Shown here in pieces: positions 28,507 to 37,709 of a stretch of DNA of 64,000 nt. The notes under the pieces are model-generated. The model was not told the DNA's origin, did no database searches, and saw only the letters and a program-made list of their open reading frames with translations. Where the stretch lies: positions 1 through 64,000 of the forward strand of contig JBLNCY010000057.1 in NCBI GenBank assembly GCA_050261115.1, read 5' to 3'. Source of the stretch: Methanocella sp. (GTDB taxonomy: Archaea; Thermoproteota; Bathyarchaeia; Bathyarchaeales; Bathycorpusculaceae). The translations under genes were made by a program, and so were the position numbers. The stretch's first letter is position 1; each line of letters starts with the position of its first letter.

Positions 28507-29436
28507 ATGGTCAACCAAAAATTCACAATAAAACTCGTAATTGTTTGTTTGCTGGCAGTAACCCTGCTAAGCCCATTTCTTCTCTCAACCGCTCAGGCCG
28601 AAAGCTCAGTAACTGTCGGCGAATGGAAACTAGACGAAACAAACATCAGCGGCACAACCGAAACCACGCCAGATCAAACTGGTGTTAATCATGGTATCCT
28701 TGCAGGCGCTGAGTATCCGGTGCTTGTCGAGGGTAAATATGGTAAAGCCATGAAATTCAGCGGAGAAAACGCCATCTATATCCCCGTTAAATTCATCGTC
28801 GGCTTCCCACCCATGGATGAACCCATGTACATCCCCATCAGCCCCAACCTAGACATCCAAGAATACTTCACCATATCCGCATGGATTAACGTCCCCAGCT
28901 ACACAGACGCCACCTACAACAACATAGTCGTCAAATGCAATCACCCCGACCAAGCAGCCGCATGGCAAAACACCACCCGCGTTCTCGGCTTAGCTCTAAG
29001 AGCAGGTGCACCTGAGGGCGGCGAAGAATACGTTGAGGGAGCACTCAGCGGGTTTGTCTTGACCGAGACAGGCGGCTTAAACGAAATCGTAACCACCCAA
29101 GCTATTCCGCTAAACACTTGGATAGAAGTTCAATTCACCCGCGACGCAACCGGATTACACCTCTACATAGACAACCAAGAGCAACCCGTCAAAGTCCTCC
29201 ACGGCACCCAGAATCCAACTGGAAAAATCCTAAACGGCACCGAATACTACCTTGGCCACGACAGCTACGCAACCATAGACAACGTGAAAATCGTTGACTT
29301 AGACCCAAGCGCCGAGAACAGCTTTGACATCGGGCCTAACCTGATGATAGTCGTCATCGTGGTCTCGCTAATCTTTGCGGTCGCATGGCTATTACGACGA
29401 GCAATCCAGCTCTGGATAATCAAACCAAAAATCTAA
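28507..29436 (+). CDS. LamG/concanavalin A-like domain protein with signal peptide and C-terminal TM
   Basis: WKLDE, GKYGKAMKF, FTISAWIN, LYID, IDNVKI. Confidence 0.8.
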   Translation: MVNQKFTIKLVIVCLLAVTLLSPFLLSTAQAESSVTVGEWKLDETNISGTTETTPDQTGVNHGILAGAEYPVLVEGKYGKAMKFSGENAIYIPVKFIVGFPPMDEPMYIPISPNLDIQEYFTISAWINVPSYTDATYNNIVVKCNHPDQAAAWQNTTRVLGLALRAGAPEGGEEYVEGALSGFVLTETGGLNEIVTTQAIPLNTWIEVQFTRDATGLHLYIDNQEQPVKVLHGTQNPTGKILNGTEYYLGHDSYATIDNVKIVDLDPSAENSFDIGPNLMIVVIVVSLIFAVAWLLRRAIQLWIIKPKI

Positions 29437-29449
29437 GGAGTGAAGCGGG

Positions 29450-30622
29450 ATGGGAACCACCTTTAAACTGCTCGAGTTGCTGCTAAGACAAAAACTGCTA
29501 GGGCAGGGACTAAAAGGTGACCCCTACACCCCCCTAATAGTCTCCTATGCAGTTACCCGAGCATGCAACCTCAGATGCCTACACTGCCACGTATCCGCAA
29601 GAGAAGCCCTGCCTGATGAACTAAACCTCAAAGAAGCCATCCACACCATAGACGAGATGCACAGTTTAGGAACACAGGCGGTGATTTTCAGCGGAGGTGA
29701 ACCCCTACTACGCAAAAACTTCGTTCTACAACTCATTGAGCACTGCGATGATTTAGGTATCATACCCGCAATGCTCTCAAACGGACTACTTATGACGCCT
29801 CAGACGGTACTTGAGCTTCAGGAAGCGGGACTTAAAGCGGTAGGGTTACCAATCGATTCAGTGGTTCCAGAAAAGCATGACCACCTACGCAACGTCCCAG
29901 GAACCTTCAACAAAACCGTACAAGCAATCAAAACCTGCTTGGAACTCGACTTAGAAGTCGTCATCACCACTATGGCACTAAAAGACACATACACGGAGAT
30001 GCCAAAACGCATCGAATACCTAAACGGTTTAGGTGTAGACGAGGTTGCAGTTTATGATTTAGTTCCAGTGGGTCGAGGAAAAGACGTTATGGATAACGCT
30101 ATGACCATGGACCAGCGTGTTAACTTGATAAAGTGGCTTCAACGCCAGCAGGAAGACACCGAAATGACATTCACCATGTCAGGCGGCACCCCACTCTACC
30201 CCGAAATCGCCTGTGAAATGCACCACAACCACGGCACCAAAGCAAAAGACCTACTCATAAAAGAGTTCTGGATCCATAACGGCATCGGCTGCCATGCAGG
30301 CAACATGTACTTCAGCCTAAGACCCAACGGCGACATCTACCCCTGCACCTTTCTACCAATCAAAGTTGGAAACATCCGCAACCAGAGCTTACGAGAAATT
30401 TGGCAAAAAGCCCCTCTCCTAAACGCTTTACGTCAGAGACAGAATTTGAAGGGAAAATGCGGCAGCTGTGAATACCGAGAAGGCTGCGGCGGCTGCAGGG
30501 GACGTGCTTATGCTTGTACAGGCGATTATTTGGAGACAGATCCTGTCTGCCTGAGAGATTTGTTGATAGAGGAAAAAATTTCGCCAGCGGATATTAAGCG
30601 GTTCGGCTGGTGCGTTGGCTAA
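29450..30622 (+). CDS. Radical SAM protein with SPASM domain (PqqE/NirJ/Ahb-like)
   Basis: CNLRCLHC, SGGEP, GCHAG, YPC, CGSC....CGGCR, DPVC. Confidence 0.9.
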   Translation: MGTTFKLLELLLRQKLLGQGLKGDPYTPLIVSYAVTRACNLRCLHCHVSAREALPDELNLKEAIHTIDEMHSLGTQAVIFSGGEPLLRKNFVLQLIEHCDDLGIIPAMLSNGLLMTPQTVLELQEAGLKAVGLPIDSVVPEKHDHLRNVPGTFNKTVQAIKTCLELDLEVVITTMALKDTYTEMPKRIEYLNGLGVDEVAVYDLVPVGRGKDVMDNAMTMDQRVNLIKWLQRQQEDTEMTFTMSGGTPLYPEIACEMHHNHGTKAKDLLIKEFWIHNGIGCHAGNMYFSLRPNGDIYPCTFLPIKVGNIRNQSLREIWQKAPLLNALRQRQNLKGKCGSCEYREGCGGCRGRAYACTGDYLETDPVCLRDLLIEEKISPADIKRFGWCVG

Positions 30623-30791
30623 ATGCTTGGTTGACACGTTTTCTGTTTAATTTTAAATATAACTTCTGATAGAAAATGACTGGGGAACTGTCATTAGCAG
30701 CCTTGGGCCAGCACGTACTCGGCTTCTTCTTTTAGCTTTAGCTTTATCTTCCCTATCTACCTGTCTAGTAACCGTTGCCTTTCAGGTTCTC

Positions 30792-31904
30792 ATGGTCGAT
30801 GTAGCGGCAAGCTTTCAAGTTCAGGTGGGCACAGCAAGCATGGTCGCCTCAGTTGGCTCCATTTCAGGCATAACCTTTGGCTTGCTTATGGCCATCGTGA
30901 GCATACGCTACAACCACAAAAAACTACTTCTAGCCGGAATAGCATGCAACATCCTAGCCGCTTTAGGCTACTATTTGGCACCTACATTTCCATGGCTGCT
31001 AGCAGCTAACATCGCTGTCGGCGCTGGGCTCTCAATAGTTATCTCCATGGCATACTCGATAATCGGAAACGTTATCCCCCTTAAGAGTAGGGGAAGAGCA
31101 ATCGGCATAATGGTTGCATCTACAACAATTGCTTTCGTCACAGGCGCCCTATTCGTAGGCGTGTTATCTTCATATTTTAATTGGCGCATGGTTACCATCA
31201 TTTTATCGCTACCCGTAGCCCTTACCAGTCTAGTCCTGTCAGCAGTTTTTGTACCAAAAAATACCAACACAAACAACATAACCAAGGAGGAATCGTTCAT
31301 GGTTGGCTGCAAACAAGCTTTCTCCCGCGTCTCCGGGATAGCAGCGTTGACAGTGACAACATTTATGTTCTGTGAAGGCGCCATCGGATACTACTCAGTT
31401 TCTTTCCTAAGAGAACATTTTTCGGTATCGATAGCTTTGGGCTCAACCTACTTCTTGGTGGCTAACATAGTGGCTGCGGTAGGCGGGGCGGTCTCGGGTT
31501 TGATGGTGAACAAGGTTGGACGCAAAAAACTGGGAACAATCGCGCTAATTGTAGCTTGCATATTAACATTGGGATTCACGTTGATGCCTACCGTTGAGCT
31601 CTCAATCGCGGTCAGTATTCTGCGTTATTGGTTTGGCGCGATGGCGGCAACCGCAGGTGGCAGCTTAATAATCGAGCAGCTACCCCGATTCCGAAGCACC
31701 ATGAGCTCGCTAAATGCTGCTTTCATGAATGTCGGCATGCTTTTAGCTTCGATTATTGGCGGCTTAACGCTTAACAACTTTGGGTATCAAGCGTTAGGTT
31801 TGGTTTTAGGCGGTTTAGGCGTGCTGGGTGCGGTTGTATGGGTTGCCTTAGTTAAGGAACCCTGCCCAACAACTCTACCCTCTGACGTTCTCTCTGAATC
31901 ATAA
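30792..31904 (+). CDS. MFS transporter (first TM encoded upstream of 30792)
   Basis: RGRAIG, NWR, GRKK loops; in-frame RLLLLALALSSLSTCLVTVAF upstream of the ATG. Confidence 0.85.
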   Translation: MVDVAASFQVQVGTASMVASVGSISGITFGLLMAIVSIRYNHKKLLLAGIACNILAALGYYLAPTFPWLLAANIAVGAGLSIVISMAYSIIGNVIPLKSRGRAIGIMVASTTIAFVTGALFVGVLSSYFNWRMVTIILSLPVALTSLVLSAVFVPKNTNTNNITKEESFMVGCKQAFSRVSGIAALTVTTFMFCEGAIGYYSVSFLREHFSVSIALGSTYFLVANIVAAVGGAVSGLMVNKVGRKKLGTIALIVACILTLGFTLMPTVELSIAVSILRYWFGAMAATAGGSLIIEQLPRFRSTMSSLNAAFMNVGMLLASIIGGLTLNNFGYQALGLVLGGLGVLGAVVWVALVKEPCPTTLPSDVLSES

Positions 31905-32006
31905 CGATAAAAACTACAAAAAGTCCAAGTGGGGAAATGCGTTGTTTATGTGTGAAGTATTTTTAAGCCACCCACTCCATACCCCAAAGCGAAGAGGGCG
32001 AATGGT

Positions 32007-32390
32007 TTGGAACGCAGAGACTTTGACCGCGCAAACGTCATAAAAGAGGAAATTCGGCAGCAGGAGCACCGTTTCCTAGCTGTATATGTGGAGGCAAGAA
32101 ACAGCATCATGATTATGCTTAGTGAAAGGGAAGATCGGCTTGGCACTATGGCTATTGCGGTTCCTAAACCCCGAGACATGGTGGGCGCCGTTACCTCTTC
32201 GGTGCTTGTTGGCGATAAACATGTTATCTCTGCGCGCATGTTCGCCGAGTACGTTGCTTCAAAGAAAGGCAAAATCGCCATGGTTTCAGTTTACCTTGAC
32301 AAAGTCAGCGAGATACAGGCGCAGGAATTCTTTATGCACCTAATTGACAAAGTAATGAAAACAGACAGTAAAGAACCCACCACAGCATAA
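32007..32390 (+). CDS. Hypothetical protein, possibly proteasome assembly chaperone 4-like
   Basis: LGTMAIAVP...SSVL.G...AR..A.K....VS pattern recalled from PAC4-like proteins. Confidence 0.5.
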   Translation: MERRDFDRANVIKEEIRQQEHRFLAVYVEARNSIMIMLSEREDRLGTMAIAVPKPRDMVGAVTSSVLVGDKHVISARMFAEYVASKKGKIAMVSVYLDKVSEIQAQEFFMHLIDKVMKTDSKEPTTA

Positions 32391-32404
32391 CCGACTGGAC
32401 CATT

Positions 32405-32899
32405 ATGCACATCCAGAAATTATCTGATGCCGACTTAGAAGCCATTTACTCAATAATTAACGAAGCAGCAGAAGCCTACAAGGGCAAAATCCCCCCTGAC
32501 TGCTACCATGAACCTTACATGTCCCAAATGGAACTCCAAAATGAAATATCTGCAGGCGTACAATTTTACGGCATTACTCACGAAGGGAAATTAGCTGCTG
32601 TTATGGGAATCCAACCCGTCGGCGACGTCACCCTAATCCGCCATGCCTACACCCTGCCTAAGTATCAGTCCCATGGGCTAGGAAGCCAACTCCTGCGTTA
32701 CCTGCTTAGTTTAGCAAAAACAAGGTGCATTCTTGTCGGCACATGGCAAGTCGCATCCTGGGCAATTCGCTTCTACCAAAAACACGGGTTTATCCTGCTG
32801 TCTAGAGAAGAGACAAATAGGCTTCTTGGCAAATACTGGAACATCCCAAAGAGGCAAATCGAAACCTCCACGGTACTTGAACAGTGGCACAATCCATGA
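32405..32899 (+). CDS. GNAT family N-acetyltransferase
   Basis: YQSHGLGSQLL and AIRFYQKHGF motifs. Confidence 0.9.
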   Translation: MHIQKLSDADLEAIYSIINEAAEAYKGKIPPDCYHEPYMSQMELQNEISAGVQFYGITHEGKLAAVMGIQPVGDVTLIRHAYTLPKYQSHGLGSQLLRYLLSLAKTRCILVGTWQVASWAIRFYQKHGFILLSREETNRLLGKYWNIPKRQIETSTVLEQWHNP

Positions 32900-33951
32900 A
32901 AACCCTAATCCTCAAAGTAGACCCAAACAACCCCGACAAGACGCAAATCCAAATCGCAGCAGACATCATCCAAAGAGGCGGTTTAGTGGCTTTCCCAACC
33001 GAGACCGTGTATGGGTTAGGCGCAAATGCGCTGGATGGCGATGCAGTGCGGCGGCTCTTTGAAGCAAAAAAGCGCCCACTCGATAACCCACCCATAGTTC
33101 ATGTCACTGAGGCCTCGGAAGTTTATTCACTTGTAGCAGAAGTCCCGCCGAAAGCTGAATTGCTCATGAAACAATTCTGGCCAGGTCCCCTTACGCTGGT
33201 TTTCAAGCGCTCAAATAATGTGCCCAAAGAGTCAACGGCGGGATTAGATACCATTGCCATCCGAATCCCAAAACACCCCATAGCACAAGCGCTCATCCGA
33301 CAAAGCAAACGCCCAATCGCGGCGCCCAGCGCAAACCTCTCAGGCAGACCCAGCCCCACCACAGCCCAACACGTCTACAGCGACCTAAACGGACGCATAG
33401 ACGCCATCATCGACGGTGGCGCCGCCAACATAGGCGTCGAATCCACCGTAGTCGATTTAAGCTGTGACCCACCAGTGCTGCTTCGGCCTGGCGGAACACC
33501 CTTTGAGGCACTTAAAGCTGTGTTGGGCGATTTGCGGCTGCATCCTTTTGTTGAATCCGAAATGGAAGTGCCGCTAGACCAAGCGCGCTCGCCAGGTATG
33601 AAGCATAAACATTACGCGCCAAACGCCCAAGTTATCCTAGTAGAAGGCAACGTGGAGGCAGTTATGTCCAAGATTAGGGAGCTTACGGTTGATTATAAAG
33701 CAAAAAAAGCCCAGGTCGGGGTCCTAGCTACAGACGAAACCATAGCAGCCTACACTGCTGATGTGGTTAAATCAATGGGCAGCCGCCAAAACCTGTCTAC
33801 CGTCGCCGCGAGCCTTTTTGGACTGCTACGGGAAGTGGATGCTTTAGGCGTTGACGTAATCATCGCCGAAGGTGTCCCCTTGGAGGGGTTAGGCTTAGCT
33901 GTAATGAACCGCCTACGCAAAGCCTCCAACTACCACATCATAAAAGCATAG
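32896..33951 (+). CDS. sua5: L-threonylcarbamoyladenylate synthase (Sua5)
   Basis: FPTETVYGLGA, K.RP.DNP, APSAN.SG.PSPT, SPGMK..HYAP, MNRL.KA. Confidence 0.95.
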   Translation: MKTLILKVDPNNPDKTQIQIAADIIQRGGLVAFPTETVYGLGANALDGDAVRRLFEAKKRPLDNPPIVHVTEASEVYSLVAEVPPKAELLMKQFWPGPLTLVFKRSNNVPKESTAGLDTIAIRIPKHPIAQALIRQSKRPIAAPSANLSGRPSPTTAQHVYSDLNGRIDAIIDGGAANIGVESTVVDLSCDPPVLLRPGGTPFEALKAVLGDLRLHPFVESEMEVPLDQARSPGMKHKHYAPNAQVILVEGNVEAVMSKIRELTVDYKAKKAQVGVLATDETIAAYTADVVKSMGSRQNLSTVAASLFGLLREVDALGVDVIIAEGVPLEGLGLAVMNRLRKASNYHIIKA

Positions 33952-34851
33952 CTATTTGCGTAGGGAAGCCAGCAAGTCCTCGAGGTTGATTTTAGCTACT
34001 CCGACCACGCTGTCAGCGGCGCCGTAGTAAACAAATAAATCATCGCCGATGACGACGTTACCACAGCTAAACACTACGTTAGGTACCTTACCGAAGCGTT
34101 CATAGTCCCGTTTCGGCGCCAAAATTGCTTTCCTGGACCGATAAAGCACCCGCTCTGGGTGGTCTTCGTCAAGCAATATAATCCCCAGACTGTACAGTCG
34201 TTCTGTGCTTACGCCATGGTAAACAAGCAGCCAGTAATTGTCGATTTTAATGGGGGTGCCGCCTGCGCCGAGTTTCCAGTTATCCCAGCCCCGTGCACGT
34301 GGCAGCATCATGGATTTCAAATCACACCAATGCTCTAGATCCTCTGAGTAGGCGATGCAGATGTCGGGTTCGATGCGGTGTATCATCGCGTAGCGCCCGT
34401 CGAATTTCTGGGGAAAAATCACTGCGTCTTTATTTCGTATTCCTGGGAACGGGAGCTTGCGGGGCGTCCAGTTCCATCTTTTTGCCAGGAAATCGGCTTT
34501 TTTTATCGTTGTTAGTGCAATTTGGAAGACCATCAAGTGGCTGTATTCTCTTAGCGCCGTGTAGGTCATGACTAAGCGATCGTCGATTTCTGTTATGCGG
34601 GGGTCTTCTACGCCATCTTTTTCGCAGGCCGCTTTGGGCTCAAACACGGGCTCGGGTAACCGTTCGTCTATGTGGACGCCGTCTTTGGAAGTGGCATAGC
34701 CGATTCTTGAGATGTCATCGTTTCCTATAGCTCGATAGAGTAGGTGTACTTTGTTGTCTAGGTAGACGGCGGCGGGGTTGAATACTTCTCTGGATTCCCA
34801 TGGGTGAGCTTCTATGGGTCGAAGGATTGGGTTACCGACGTAGCGCTGCAT
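33952..34851 (-). CDS. GH130-family glycoside phosphorylase/glycosidase
   Basis: VFNPAA, LLYRA, GVEDPRI, NKDAV, YHGV, VPNVVF, YYGAAD. Confidence 0.9.
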   Translation of the reverse strand: MQRYVGNPILRPIEAHPWESREVFNPAAVYLDNKVHLLYRAIGNDDISRIGYATSKDGVHIDERLPEPVFEPKAACEKDGVEDPRITEIDDRLVMTYTALREYSHLMVFQIALTTIKKADFLAKRWNWTPRKLPFPGIRNKDAVIFPQKFDGRYAMIHRIEPDICIAYSEDLEHWCDLKSMMLPRARGWDNWKLGAGGTPIKIDNYWLLVYHGVSTERLYSLGIILLDEDHPERVLYRSRKAILAPKRDYERFGKVPNVVFSCGNVVIGDDLFVYYGAADSVVGVAKINLEDLLASLRK

Positions 34852-34860
34852 GGTTAATCC

Positions 34861-35274
34861 CTATAACGCAGTCGCTAAAGGTGTCTTGATTCCCAAGATC
34901 TCGTCGAAGAAGCCCCGTAGCGAGAATAATCCGATTAGTTTTCCTGTGGCGTCGGTCACTGGGAGGTGCCGTATGTCATGTGAAAGCATCAAGCGTTTGG
35001 CTTCGTCAAAGGAGGCGTCGTGAGAAATCGTCACAACGTGCCTGCTCATGACTTCACTAAGCGGGCGATCTACGGGGTGCTTGTTAGCCATCAATCGAAT
35101 AGCGTCTCGCTCGGTAAATATGCCGATGCATTTCTGCTCGTCATCCACAACTACCACTGACCCCACATGGCGTTCGTATAGTAACGACAATGCTGCCTGT
35201 ATAGAAACATCCTCTTTAGCGGTGACGATTTTTTTACACATCAAATCTTTGACTTTAAGCATGGGTTCACACAT
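34861..35274 (-). CDS. CBS-pair protein
   Basis: HVGSVVVVD..GIFTERD, IRHLPV. Confidence 0.9.
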   Translation of the reverse strand: MCEPMLKVKDLMCKKIVTAKEDVSIQAALSLLYERHVGSVVVVDDEQKCIGIFTERDAIRLMANKHPVDRPLSEVMSRHVVTISHDASFDEAKRLMLSHDIRHLPVTDATGKLIGLFSLRGFFDEILGIKTPLATAL

Positions 35275-35326
35275 AATTAACCCTCACAAAAGCAGACTCT
35301 AACCAATATAACTCAGTGGCTACAGC

Positions 35327-36367
35327 TTAAATTCTCTTTTGGTTACGAATTTCCTCAAGCTTTAGCCGTGCCAGCAGATAAGAAATTGAGGATTCCGCTC
35401 CCTGATTTCTGTTAACCGCCTCCGCCCCTAATCCATCATAGCAGCCGCCAGTCTGCACGTTATACATGACAATTTTACGGCTGTTTTGACCCAAAAACCA
35501 CCCAAACACCCTATCGGCCAATGTGAGATACTGTGTTTTGTTGGTGGCATAGTAAGCGTCGACTGTGGCGTCCACCATCGCTGCCGCCTCTAGGGGCTGT
35601 TGATCATATAGGGGTCGATTCCCGCCTCGTTTGAACCAGCCGTCGTTCCCGATTGGCACAAAATAACCGTCGATCATCTGGGTCTTAGTCAAGAAATCCA
35701 TAGCGTCCTCTGCTACTTCTAGATATTCGGGTTTTTTAACTATCAAATAAGCCAAAAACAACGCTTGGGCTAGGCGAGCGTTGTCATATGTCAGGTGAGG
35801 TTCAAACCAGTGCCAGTCATCTTTGGTTTGGTCGCGGAAGTTCTGGACCATTAGATCTGCGAGTTTTTCAGCGGACTCTATGATTTCCTTATTTGGGGCA
35901 GCTTGATTGTACTCATATAAGCCTGATATAGTTGAGGAGTAGAAGCGCATGGAAATCGACTTGAAAACCCAAGGAAGTGCGCGGTCAAAGATGTCTTTTG
36001 CGACTAAACGCATGTCTTGGGGGAGTCTGCTGTTTATGGCGCATCCGCATGCCCAAAGAGTCCGTCCGGCTGAGTCTTCGGAGCCGTCTACGTCAAGGAA
36101 AGTGCGTTCGTAGCTTAGGTAGTTGTGGAAGTTGCCGTCTGGCTTCTGCATATGATTTAGAAACGACAAGTAGACTTTTGCCAGCCGCTCCATACTGGGG
36201 TCTGAGTAAAGTTTGTGGTATTTTACGGCTGCAATCAGGGCGCGGGCGTTGTCGTCGGTGGTGTAGCCTTCGCCTCTTTTGGGGATGCAGAATTTCGCAT
36301 GCTGAAAGACCCCCGTATCGTCGGTGAAGTCTCTGAGGTAATCGATTTTTAAGTATGGTAAGCGGAT
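35327..36367 (-). CDS. C-terminal six-hairpin-like domain of GT4 fusion family, out of frame with upstream GT4
   Basis: Frame is open beyond ATG 36193: IRLPYLKIDYLRDFTDDTGVFQHA...GYTTDDNARAL; also W.WFE..LTYDNA, DQQP.EA, NQGAES. Confidence 0.8.
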   Translation of the reverse strand: MRLPYLKIDYLRDFTDDTGVFQHAKFCIPKRGEGYTTDDNARALIAAVKYHKLYSDPSMERLAKVYLSFLNHMQKPDGNFHNYLSYERTFLDVDGSEDSAGRTLWACGCAINSRLPQDMRLVAKDIFDRALPWVFKSISMRFYSSTISGLYEYNQAAPNKEIIESAEKLADLMVQNFRDQTKDDWHWFEPHLTYDNARLAQALFLAYLIVKKPEYLEVAEDAMDFLTKTQMIDGYFVPIGNDGWFKRGGNRPLYDQQPLEAAAMVDATVDAYYATNKTQYLTLADRVFGWFLGQNSRKIVMYNVQTGGCYDGLGAEAVNRNQGAESSISYLLARLKLEEIRNQKRI

Positions 36368-37575
36368 TGTACCTTCATCTCCGATTGCGCTGTTAATTGA
36401 TCGAAAAGTGTTAGGTACTTTTTTGCAACTATAGGCCAGGTGAAGTTTCGACTGTAGAAATAGGCCTTTTGCTCTAGGGATCGGCGGAGTTTTTGGTCTT
36501 CGATGATTTCTGTAACTTTTTCAGCGATGGATTGTGGGTCGTTGAATTTGCAGAATACTCCACGGCCTTCTCCAAGCGCTTCTTTTGCATGCAGATAGGG
36601 TGTGGATACTACCGCTTTTCCTGCGGCTAGTGCGTAGGATAAGGTGCCGCTGCTCACCTGATTAGGTGAAAGGTAAGGCGTAATATACACGTCAGTTGCT
36701 AGCAGGTAATTGTATATTTCCTGTTTTGAGAGGAAACGGTTTAGGAACCTAACATGGTTACGTAACCCGAGGTCTTTAGCCATCTTTAAGAGCGAGTTTC
36801 GGTAAGCTTCGCCCTCATGCTTCTTTACCTGTGGATGTGTTACGCCGAGCACATAATAGATAAGGTTAGGCTCTTTTTTTATTATCTCCGGGAGCGCTTG
36901 GATGACGTTTTCGATGCCTTTGCCTTTGCTTAGCAACCCAAACGTTGAGAGCACCACCTTGTTTTGTAAGCCTAAAGTGGGTTTTGCCTTGTAACTGGGC
37001 ATAAAGGGCAAGTCTGGGCAACCATGCGGAATTATTGTAACTTTTTTTGACGGAACCCCATATTGTTTAACCAGATCACGCGTCGTCTGATTCAAAACAA
37101 CGATTGCCGTGCTTTTTTCAACTACTTCATGAAACACCTCTTTTGCCCGATCCTCAAAATTCGGGAGCACGGTATGAAGTGTAGTGGCTACTGGCCTGTT
37201 TAGTTTATCAAGGAAACCGCAAATGTACTCTCCAGCTTCCCCTCCGAATATGCCGAATTCATGCTGGATATTAACCACATCTACGGAGGATTGATTAAGG
37301 AAATCTGCCATCAGCAGGTAATCTTCCAAGAAGTCGCGCCCGATTTTGTGTTCAAAGCCTTCAAATGTTGGTTTAAACAGGCGGCGACCATCGATGGATA
37401 TCACTCTCTGATCGCGTAACTGGTTTAATTGGTTTATCGCATTTACTAAGTCGGCAGTAAACGTGGCTATCCCGCATTTTCGGGGCGGGAAAGTGCTTAC
37501 ATAAGCAACTTCCTTAACGCTAGCCAGCTTGGGGCTGCCTAGAACATACTTTGCCAATAACAAATCACGAACCAA
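36349..37575 (-). CDS. Glycosyltransferase family 4
   Basis: PPRKCGIATF, QHEFGIFGG, IPHG, FGLL..GKGIE, SSGTLSYA. Confidence 0.9.
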   Translation of the reverse strand: MVRDLLLAKYVLGSPKLASVKEVAYVSTFPPRKCGIATFTADLVNAINQLNQLRDQRVISIDGRRLFKPTFEGFEHKIGRDFLEDYLLMADFLNQSSVDVVNIQHEFGIFGGEAGEYICGFLDKLNRPVATTLHTVLPNFEDRAKEVFHEVVEKSTAIVVLNQTTRDLVKQYGVPSKKVTIIPHGCPDLPFMPSYKAKPTLGLQNKVVLSTFGLLSKGKGIENVIQALPEIIKKEPNLIYYVLGVTHPQVKKHEGEAYRNSLLKMAKDLGLRNHVRFLNRFLSKQEIYNYLLATDVYITPYLSPNQVSSGTLSYALAAGKAVVSTPYLHAKEALGEGRGVFCKFNDPQSIAEKVTEIIEDQKLRRSLEQKAYFYSRNFTWPIVAKKYLTLFDQLTAQSEMKVQSAYHT

Positions 37576-37603
37576 TTAGGAGGATTTATTGCGTTTAAGG
37601 ACA

Positions 37604-37627
37604 TGTGATTGTCATTTGACAGTCACA
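37604..37627. promoter_or_regulatory. 24-bp near-perfect palindrome in divergent GT4/GH130 promoter
   Basis: TGTGATTGTCA-TT-TGACAGTCACA, 10 of 11 arm positions complementary. Confidence 0.55.
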
Positions 37628-37709
37628 ACAGGCGAAATTAGATCTATCCTCGCTAGAGGTTTATATTTTACCTGCACACAGTGGTGTTTCAAGAAGGGAG
37701 AGGGGTTTA

